A stretch of 64,000 nucleotides of DNA from the NCBI GenBank assembly GCA_019120245.1, contig DWVK01000055.1:18869-82868 (forward strand). The letters are read 5' to 3'. Position 1 is the first letter of the stretch. Every line of letters starts with the position of its first letter. Under the pieces are notes generated by a model. That model saw only the letters and a list, made by a program, of their open reading frames with translations. It searched no databases and was not told the origin of the DNA. Positions 57,132 through 64,000 of the stretch are shown here, piece by piece. The position numbers were made by a program, and so were the translations under genes. The DNA comes from Candidatus Mediterraneibacter caccogallinarum. Lineage in GTDB: Bacteria; Bacillota; Clostridia; Lachnospirales; Lachnospiraceae.

Positions 57132-58211
57132 ATGGCTAAGAGAAGTATCGTACCTTTCGGTCCGCAGCATCCTGTACTGCCGGAGCCTGTACATCTGGAT
57201 CTGGTACTGGAGGATGAGACGGTGGTCGGCGCGATCCCGAGCATCGGCTTTGTTCACAGGGGACTGGAAAAACTGGTAGAAAAAAGAGATTATAAACAAT
57301 ATGTCTATATTGCCGAGCGAGTCTGCGGGATCTGCAGCTGCGGCCACGGGCTGGGCTACTGCGAATCCGTGGAACAGGTGATGGGGATTGAAGTGCCTGA
57401 CAGGGCAAGATATCTGAGAACGATCTGGATGGAGATGAGCCGTGTGCACAGTCATCTGCTCTGGCTCGGACTTCTGGCAGACGCGATGGGATTTGAAAGT
57501 CTGTACATGGAGAGCTGGAGACTCAGAGAAAAGATCCTCGATATGTTTGATGAGACGACAGGTGGAAGGCTCATCCATTCAGTGAACTGTGTCGGCGGCG
57601 TACAGAAAGATATGGACAGCACGATGCTGGAGCATATCCTGCGCGCGGTGGATGAAATCCAGGGGGAGATGAAGCCTCTTGTGGAGACATTCATGCAGGA
57701 TTACACCGTACAGAGCCGTCTGAAAGGGACGGGGATCCTTACGAGAGACAGCGCCATCGAACTCGGCGCGGTGGGACCTGTCCTGCGTGCGTGCGGTGAA
57801 CCGTACGATGCACGGCGCCTGGGATATGCGGCATACAGGGATCTTGCCGTAGAACCTATTACGGAGAAAGACGGCGATTCTTTCGCCCGCTGTAAGGTGA
57901 GGCTGAGAGAGCTCTTCCAGGCGTTTGATCTGATCCGTGAAGCAATCGGAAAGATCCCCGGGGGAGAGATCAGTGTTCCGGTAAAGGGCAATCCTTCCGG
58001 AGAATATTTTATGCGGATCGAGCAGCCCAGGGGAGAGGCGATCTACTACGTCAAGGGGAACGGGACAAAATATCTGGACCGCTTCCGCATGAGGACGCCG
58101 ACAACAAGCAACCTCTCTCCGCTGGTTGAGATGCTCAAGGGCTGCCAGCTGTCTGACGTGCCCCTTCTGATCCTGACCATTGATCCGTGCATCAGCTGCA
58201 CAGAGAGGTAG
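57132..58211 (+). CDS. echE: [NiFe] hydrogenase large subunit EchE (group 4)
   Basis: PFGPQHP, GFVHRGLEK, L1 ERVCGIC, EQPRGE, L2 DPCISC ending TER-stop. Confidence 0.95.
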   Translation: MAKRSIVPFGPQHPVLPEPVHLDLVLEDETVVGAIPSIGFVHRGLEKLVEKRDYKQYVYIAERVCGICSCGHGLGYCESVEQVMGIEVPDRARYLRTIWMEMSRVHSHLLWLGLLADAMGFESLYMESWRLREKILDMFDETTGGRLIHSVNCVGGVQKDMDSTMLEHILRAVDEIQGEMKPLVETFMQDYTVQSRLKGTGILTRDSAIELGAVGPVLRACGEPYDARRLGYAAYRDLAVEPITEKDGDSFARCKVRLRELFQAFDLIREAIGKIPGGEISVPVKGNPSGEYFMRIEQPRGEAIYYVKGNGTKYLDRFRMRTPTTSNLSPLVEMLKGCQLSDVPLLILTIDPCISCTER

Positions 58212-58273
58212 GAAACGACTGGAATAAATGAGATCACACCGCTTTCAGCGGAGAAACGGAGCAGTGGCAAGGT

Positions 58274-58834
58274 ATGGAAGATAAGACGAGAGTATTTACA
58301 TTAGCGGGAAGAGTCCTGAGGAATCTCTTCCGAAAGCCGGCAACAGTGCAGTACCCGTTTCAGCCGGCAGAATATCCGGAGCGGATGCGGGGACATGTGG
58401 AGATACAGATCAGCAGCTGTATCTGCTGCGGGCTCTGCGCGAGATCCTGTCCTTCGACAGCGATCAAGGTAGACAGAGCGGCAGGAACATGGACGATCGA
58501 CCGGTTCGACTGTGTGCAGTGCGGCAGCTGCGTTGCCGCCTGCCCGAAGAAATGTCTGAGCATGGCAAAGGGGTATACAGAACCGGGAGTCGCAAAAAAG
58601 AGCGAGACATTTATCAAACCGAAGGAAGAACAGCCGGCGGCTGCCGCTTCCGGAGGGGGAAAACCGTCCGTTGACGTTGAGAAATGCGTCTACTGTACGC
58701 TCTGTGCAAAGAAGTGCCCACAGGAGGCGATCCTGGTGGACCGGAAAGAAAAGATCTGGAAACTGGACGAAGAAAAATGTGTGCAGTGCGGGATCTGTGC
58801 ATCGGCATGTCCGAAACATGCGATCGAGATGTAG
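58274..58834 (+). CDS. echF: EchF-like ferredoxin subunit with four CxxCxxCxxxCP motifs
   Basis: LFRKPATVQYP...RGH start; CICCGLC, CVQCGSC, CVYCTLC, CVQCGIC. Confidence 0.9.
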   Translation: MEDKTRVFTLAGRVLRNLFRKPATVQYPFQPAEYPERMRGHVEIQISSCICCGLCARSCPSTAIKVDRAAGTWTIDRFDCVQCGSCVAACPKKCLSMAKGYTEPGVAKKSETFIKPKEEQPAAAASGGGKPSVDVEKCVYCTLCAKKCPQEAILVDRKEKIWKLDEEKCVQCGICASACPKHAIEM

Positions 58835-58876
58835 GATAAAAAAGAAAATAGAAGAAGTGCAGGAACAGAAAAGTTC

Positions 58877-58886
58877 TAGTGCATAC
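58877..58886. repeat. Right copy of 10-bp direct repeat TAGTGCATAC flanking the hyp-ech block
   Basis: Identical 10-mer at 47585-47594. Confidence 0.4.
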
Positions 58887-58928
58887 GGCAGGGGCATAGG
58901 TTATGATGAACAGACTTATGCCCCTGTC
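58887..58928 (+). terminator. Hairpin after echF (possible terminator)
   Basis: CAGGGGCATA / TATGCCCCTG 10-bp stem; weak T tail. Confidence 0.5.
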
Positions 58929-58972
58929 TGATTTCCTGCGGAACAGGCGACAGAGGGAAGAGAGGTATGTAC

Positions 58973-59290
58973 ATGAACGATGCTGAGATGCGCCGCCGTG
59001 AACTCCTGCGGCAGACGAGGAAACTGTATGATGAGAAGCCGGATATTCCGGCTGTACATCCGCGGTACGGGAATATCTACCACAGTCTCTACGAGAACGA
59101 GGAGGAACAGGAAGCCTCCGGAAGCAGTTTTTACATAAGGCTTGTGATCGGGATTCTGTGCTTTATCTGCTTCGTCTATATGGATCAGAGCAAAGTGAGC
59201 GTAGCTGAAGTGGACAGCACTGCGATCGTGAACCAGATTGAGAAAGATATGGATGCGGAGACGATAAAAGAAGTGTGGAAGCAGCTGTAG
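58973..59290 (+). CDS. Hypothetical single-pass membrane protein
   Basis: RBS GAGG; charged N-terminus with PAVHPRY, then a TM helix (IRLVIGILCFICFVYM). Confidence 0.72.
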   Translation: MNDAEMRRRELLRQTRKLYDEKPDIPAVHPRYGNIYHSLYENEEEQEASGSSFYIRLVIGILCFICFVYMDQSKVSVAEVDSTAIVNQIEKDMDAETIKEVWKQL

Positions 59291-59386
59291 TCTCCGCGAA
59301 TACCTGAGGAGGAAGAGAAAACTGCCGGCGTGGCCGCGGCTGCCTGACCTAACGATGTCCGCATACGCAATTCCGTCAGGTTCGCC

Positions 59387-59415
59387 TTGCAGTTCTTTCA
59401 CAAAGTGTTTATAAT
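59387..59415 (+). promoter_or_regulatory. Sigma-A promoter of the TIGR03960 operon
   Basis: TTGCAG-17-TATAAT. Confidence 0.65.
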
Positions 59416-59472
59416 ATGGTAGATTGCTGAGAAAGCTGATACTTGTTTATAAAAATTAGAAGGAACGGATTT

Positions 59473-61338
59473 ATGAGAAAATTAGCGTTAGATGATGAGA
59501 TTTTGATGAAGATCGAGAAGCCCGCCCGGTATATCGGCGGAGAAGTCAACTCGGTCATGAAGGACCCCGAGAAGGTCGACATTCGATTCGCCATGTGTTT
59601 TCCGGACGTTTACGAGATCGGAATGTCCCATCTGGGTATCCAGATCCTCTACGATATGTTCAACCGCAGGGAGGATGTATGGTGCGAGCGTGTTTACTCC
59701 CCATGGCTGGATCTGGACAGAGTGATGCGTGAGGAGAAGATCCCGCTGTTCGCCCTTGAATCACAGGATCTGGTAAAGAACTTTGATTTTCTGGGCATTA
59801 CGATCCAGTTTGAGATGTGCTATACGAATATTCTGCAGATCCTGGATCTGAGCGGGATTCCCCTCCACGCGGCGGACCGGACAGAGGAGGATCCCTTCGT
59901 GATCGGAGGAGGGCCTTGTACGTATAATCCCGAGCCTCTTGCGGACTTCTTTGATATTTTCTACATCGGAGAAGGAGAGACTGTTTATGACGAGCTGCTG
60001 GATGTCTATAAAGAGTGGAAGAAATCAGGGGAGAGCAGAGAGCAGTTTCTCCGGCGGGCTGCCGGCATCGAAGGTCTCTATGTTCCTATGTTCTATGACG
60101 CTGAATACAATGCGGACGGAACACTGAAATCCTTCCGTCCGAACGATCCATGTGCGCCTGAGTCAGTAAAAAAACAGGTAGTGACAGATGTGACGGCAGC
60201 CCCCTATCCGCTGTCCCCTGTCGTACCCTTTATTAAGGCGACACAGGACAGGGTCGTGCTGGAGATCCAGCGAGGCTGTATCCGGGGCTGCAGGTTCTGC
60301 CAGGCAGGCATGCTCTACAGACCCACAAGAGAAAGGAATGTGGAGCGGCTGAAGGAATATGCCAGAGCAATGCTTCAGAGCACCGGACATGAGGAGATCT
60401 CACTGAGTTCCCTCAGCTCAAGCGACTATTCTGAGCTGAAGGAGCTGGTCCTTTTCCTGATCGACGAGTTCAGGGATAAGGGAATCAACATTTCTCTCCC
60501 GTCTCTGCGGATCGATGCATTTTCTCTGGATGTCATGAGCAGAGTGCAGGATATCCGGAAGAGCAGTCTTACATTTGCTCCGGAGGCTGGATCCCAGCGG
60601 ATGCGCAATGTGATCAACAAAGGGCTGACGGAAGAAGATATCCTCGACGGAGCGGGACAGGCTTTTGAGGGCGGATGGACAAAGGTAAAGCTCTACTTCA
60701 TGCTCGGACTCCCGACCGAGACCGAGGAGGACATGAAGGAAATCGCGCGGCTCTCGGACAGGGTTGCCCGAAGATATTATGAGATTCCTAAGGAGCAGCG
60801 CCACGGAAAATGCCAGATCACGGCCAGCTCATCCTTCTTTGTGCCCAAGCCGTTCACGCCGTTCCAGTGGGCGTCTATGTGCACGGCAGAGGAGTACATG
60901 CAGAAAGCATCCGTTGTAAAGAATGAGTTCCAGGAGCAGCTCAACCGCAAGAGCCTGAAGTACAACTGGCATGACGCACAGGTCACGGTGCTTGAGGGAG
61001 TGATGGCTCGGGGAGACCGCAGGATCTCCCGCGTGATCGAGGAGGCGTACCGACTGGGCTGTCTGTTTGATTCCTGGACGGAGAGTTTCCACAACGATCT
61101 CTGGATGCAGGCGTTTGAGAATACGGGGACGGACATCGCATTTTACAATCTTCGGAAGCGGGAAAAGGACGAGCTGTTCCCATGGGATTTTATCGATATC
61201 GGTGTGAGCAGGAAGTTCCTGTACAGAGAGTGGGAGCGCGCCATGGCAGAAGAAGTCACGCCGAACTGCCGGGTACAGTGCTCCGGCTGCGGCGCGGCGA
61301 AATACGGAGGAGGTGTCTGCTATGAAGGCAAGAATTAA
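59473..61338 (+). CDS. TIGR03960 family radical SAM protein
   Basis: IEKPARYIGGE, FPDVYEIGMSHLG, GCIRGCRFC, APEAGSQRMR, PKPFTPFQW, C-terminal Cys cluster. Confidence 0.94.
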   Translation: MRKLALDDEILMKIEKPARYIGGEVNSVMKDPEKVDIRFAMCFPDVYEIGMSHLGIQILYDMFNRREDVWCERVYSPWLDLDRVMREEKIPLFALESQDLVKNFDFLGITIQFEMCYTNILQILDLSGIPLHAADRTEEDPFVIGGGPCTYNPEPLADFFDIFYIGEGETVYDELLDVYKEWKKSGESREQFLRRAAGIEGLYVPMFYDAEYNADGTLKSFRPNDPCAPESVKKQVVTDVTAAPYPLSPVVPFIKATQDRVVLEIQRGCIRGCRFCQAGMLYRPTRERNVERLKEYARAMLQSTGHEEISLSSLSSSDYSELKELVLFLIDEFRDKGINISLPSLRIDAFSLDVMSRVQDIRKSSLTFAPEAGSQRMRNVINKGLTEEDILDGAGQAFEGGWTKVKLYFMLGLPTETEEDMKEIARLSDRVARRYYEIPKEQRHGKCQITASSSFFVPKPFTPFQWASMCTAEEYMQKASVVKNEFQEQLNRKSLKYNWHDAQVTVLEGVMARGDRRISRVIEEAYRLGCLFDSWTESFHNDLWMQAFENTGTDIAFYNLRKREKDELFPWDFIDIGVSRKFLYREWERAMAEEVTPNCRVQCSGCGAAKYGGGVCYEGKN

Positions 61339-62053
61339 GTTCAGAAAATATGGAGCGCTCCGCTTTATCGGGCATCTCGATGTGATGCGCTTTTTTCAGA
61401 AGGTGATGAGGAGGGCGGATATCCCCATCGCATTCACAGGCGGATACAGCCCGCATATGATCATGTCTTTCGCAAGCCCTCTGGGCATCGGTCTGAGCAG
61501 CGACGGTGAATACTTTGACATTGAGCTGAGAGAAGCGGTCAGCAGCCCGGAGGCAGTGCGCAGAATGAATGAAGCCTGCGTGGAAGGTATCGAGGTCGTC
61601 AGCCTGAGACAGATCGCAGAGGAGAAGAAGATGACCGGCATGACCATCCTTGCCGGAGCGGACTACCTTGTATCACTGAAGAAAGGATGTCTGCCGGAGG
61701 ACTGGAAGAAGAAGTTCGTTGAATTCATGTCCCAGCCGGAGATCAGGGTCGTCAAGCAGACAAAGCGCAGTGAGAAAGAAGTAGATATCCGCCCCATGAT
61801 CTATCAGTGGGAGATCCGGGGGGATGATCTCTTTCTTCAGCTTGCAGCCGGGAGCGCACAGAACCTGAAACCGGATCTGGTCATGGAGACTTTCTGCCAG
61901 TATCTGGATCTTCCGTGCGGTGACGTAACGTTCGGATACCACAGGCTTGAGATGTACGCGGATATCGGCAAAGACGGAAGAAGAGAACTTGTCACACTGG
62001 AATCCCTTGGGTGGGAAATGGAGCAGCAAGATGAAGCGAAAAATTCTGATTGA
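61322..62053 (+). CDS. TIGR03936 (DUF2344) radical SAM-associated protein
   Basis: RFIGHLDVMR, GYSPHMIMSFASPLGIG, VDIRP; overlaps the TIGR03960 stop. Confidence 0.92.
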   Translation: MKARIKFRKYGALRFIGHLDVMRFFQKVMRRADIPIAFTGGYSPHMIMSFASPLGIGLSSDGEYFDIELREAVSSPEAVRRMNEACVEGIEVVSLRQIAEEKKMTGMTILAGADYLVSLKKGCLPEDWKKKFVEFMSQPEIRVVKQTKRSEKEVDIRPMIYQWEIRGDDLFLQLAAGSAQNLKPDLVMETFCQYLDLPCGDVTFGYHRLEMYADIGKDGRRELVTLESLGWEMEQQDEAKNSD

Positions 62054-63224
62054 AAAAACGGAGGGCCAGATACGGACCTTCTTCCTGGAAAATGACGAGA
62101 TCGTCGAGATCCACTGTGCGCCCGCCGACGAAGAGAGCGCGGGGAGGCATCTTCTGGGAAACATCTATGTCGGAAAAGTTAAAAATATCGTGCCCAATAT
62201 CGGAGCCGCATTTGTAGAGATCGAGAGCGGTGTGAACTGCTATTATGATATGAAGGATGCGGAGCATGCAGTATTTACCCATAAGATCGGGAAGAAGCCT
62301 CTGTGCATCGGTGATGAGCTTGTAGTCCAGATCAGCAAGGAGGCTGTGAAGACAAAGGCTCCTACCGTGACGGGAAATATCAGCTTTACAGGAAGATATG
62401 CGGTCCTGACCCACGGGAATACCCGGATCGGCGTCTCCTCCAAGATCCCGAAAAAGGTGAGGGAAGAATATAAGGAAAGACTCCGCCAGTTCCAGAACGA
62501 CAGATTCGGGATCATCGTGCGGACGAACGCCAAGGATGCTCCTTTTCAGGACGTGCTGGATGAGATCAGCCGGCTGAAAGCTGAATATGAGAAGATTATG
62601 TCCGCGGCGCCCACACGAGTCTGTTTCTCCTGCCTGAGATCAGCACCCCCGTCCTACATATCGGATCTGAAAAATGTCTATATGGAAGGGATGGAGGAGA
62701 TCATTGTCGGGGATCCGGAATTGTATACCAGAATACAGGCGTTTTTTGCGGCGGAGATACCGGAGAAGGAAGGTCTGCTGCGCCTCTATGACGACAGCGC
62801 CTTCCCCCTCGGGAAGCTGTACAGCACTCAGACCGCCATTGAGAAAGCGCTGCGGGAAAAGGTATGGCTCCGAAACGGCGGCTATCTTGTGATCCAGCCC
62901 ACAGAGGCGCTCACCGTGATCGATGTGAATTCCGGGAAGAGTGCAGGAAAAGGAAAAAATGAAGAAGGCATCTTGAAGATCAACCTGGAGGCTGCGAGGG
63001 AAGCTGCCAGGCAGATCCGGCTCAGAAATCTATCCGGCATCATCATCATTGATTTTATCAATCTGGAATCAGAAGAGAATGTCGGTCTTCTCCTGAAAGA
63101 GTTCCGTATGCGCCTTGCAGGAGATCCGATCCAGACAACGCTTGTAGATATTACGCCTTTGAACCTGGTTGAAGTGACACGAAAGAAAGTACATCGGCCG
63201 CTGTACGAGCAGATCCGGATGTGA
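62031..63224 (+). CDS. Ribonuclease E/G family protein
   Basis: GNIYVGKV, VQISKE, IVRT, TEALTVIDVNSG, LRNLSGIIIIDF, VEVTRKK. Confidence 0.94.
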   Translation: MKRKILIEKTEGQIRTFFLENDEIVEIHCAPADEESAGRHLLGNIYVGKVKNIVPNIGAAFVEIESGVNCYYDMKDAEHAVFTHKIGKKPLCIGDELVVQISKEAVKTKAPTVTGNISFTGRYAVLTHGNTRIGVSSKIPKKVREEYKERLRQFQNDRFGIIVRTNAKDAPFQDVLDEISRLKAEYEKIMSAAPTRVCFSCLRSAPPSYISDLKNVYMEGMEEIIVGDPELYTRIQAFFAAEIPEKEGLLRLYDDSAFPLGKLYSTQTAIEKALREKVWLRNGGYLVIQPTEALTVIDVNSGKSAGKGKNEEGILKINLEAAREAARQIRLRNLSGIIIIDFINLESEENVGLLLKEFRMRLAGDPIQTTLVDITPLNLVEVTRKKVHRPLYEQIRM

Positions 63225-63292
63225 GATGTAAAAAGAGAATGTCTGCCTCTGAAAAAGAGCGAAAAACGGACATATTCAGTTGAAATTTTTCG

Positions 63293-63321
63293 TTTACAAT
63301 CAGACGGCAAGGCGTTATAAT
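63293..63321 (+). promoter_or_regulatory. Sigma-A promoter of the aspartokinase gene
   Basis: TTTACA-17-TATAAT. Confidence 0.65.
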
Positions 63322-63430
63322 ATTGTACCGAGAGTGCGGTCCGGGGAGTCGGGCTGCGTGAGAGAAAGCGGGCAGAACATCTTGAAAACGCGGTTCTGCT
63401 CTCTGACTACAGTTTGGAGGAAGAATAAGA

Positions 63431-64000
63431 ATGAAGAAAGTAGTAAAGTTCGGCGGAAGCTCTCTTGCCAGCGCGGAGCAGTTTAAAAAAGTCGGAAATA
63501 TCATACATCAGGACGAATCAAGAAGATATGTAGTTCCTTCTGCTCCCGGCAAGCGTTTCCCGGACGACACAAAAGTGACGGATATGCTGTACGCCTGCTA
63601 TGCCGCGGCAGAGGAAGGAAAGGATTTTTCAGAACAGCTTGCTAAGATCCATGAGAGGTACCAGGAGATCATTGACGGGCTGAACCTTGATTTCACCCTG
63701 GATAAGGATTTTGAGGTGATCCGGTCTGAGTTTGAAAGAAAAGCAGGAAAGGATTACGCGGCATCCAGGGGAGAGTTCCTTAACGGGAAGATCATGGCTG
63801 CCTATCTCGGCTATGAATTCGTCGATGCGGCGGAGGTTGTCCGCTTTAATGACGACGGCTCCTTCAACGATGAAATGACTAACGAGCTTCTGTCCCAGCG
63901 CCTCGGACAGCTCGAGCATGCGGTCGTTCCGGGATTTTACGGAGCGAAGGAGGACGGAACTGTTGTGACCTTCTCCAGAGGAGGTTCCGATGTCAGCGGT
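63431..64000 (+). CDS. Aspartate kinase, N-terminal part (runs off the window end)
   Basis: Translated by hand: MKKVVKFGGSSLA...VVPSAPG...KVTDML...SRGE...GFYG...TFSRGGSDVSG; RBS GGAGG. Confidence 0.96.
   Translation, partial: MKKVVKFGGSSLASAEQFKKVGNIIHQDESRRYVVPSAPGKRFPDDTKVTDMLYACYAAAEEGKDFSEQLAKIHERYQEIIDGLNLDFTLDKDFEVIRSEFERKAGKDYAASRGEFLNGKIMAAYLGYEFVDAAEVVRFNDDGSFNDEMTNELLSQRLGQLEHAVVPGFYGAKEDGTVVTFSRGGSDVSG

Noticed and set aside
53558-58834. Reading this cluster as complex I (nuo), Mrp antiporter, formate hydrogenlyase or Ni-less Ehr
   Set aside because: The large subunit has both Ni-binding Cys pairs, the layout is six-gene A-F, hyp genes are adjacent, and there are no fdh or nuoEFG genes
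63322-63430. Lysine riboswitch upstream of aspartokinase
   Set aside because: Leader about 100 nt versus about 170 nt needed; conserved lysine-riboswitch elements and terminator not recognisable
1-64000. tRNA, rRNA, CRISPR array, transposase, integrase or prophage genes
   Set aside because: None recognised; intergenic gaps are short and explained by promoters or terminators

Overview
A 64-kb chromosomal window from a spore-forming anaerobic Firmicute; gene content and order point to Lachnospiraceae. Most of it is housekeeping backbone: cmk-ispH-rpsA, ruvAB, zapA, ftsW-PBP, rpmB/asp23-DAK2-recG, rsmD-coaD, an RNA-modification cluster, recU, a partial his operon, TIGR03960/TIGR03936-RNase G and aspartokinase. 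Two membrane energy-conservation systems stand out. The first is a complete rnfCDGEAB operon with an adjacent flavinylation-type module (apbE, NusG-II protein, Gx/ECF-S-like protein). The second is an ~11.3-kb block of divergent hypABFCDE and echABCDEF genes (group 4 [NiFe] energy-converting hydrogenase) between hisIE and the TIGR03960 locus; its EchF carries an internally duplicated ferredoxin domain and the block is flanked by a 10-bp direct repeat. Other points: a HisF-like domain lacking both catalytic Asp residues fused to HisIE; an AraC/GH36 alpha-galactosidase insertion with an internally deleted yczE-like pseudogene; a 45-aa membrane ORF missed by the ORF track; and candidate internal promoters in ispH and coaD. 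No tRNA, rRNA, CRISPR array, transposase or integrase was seen.
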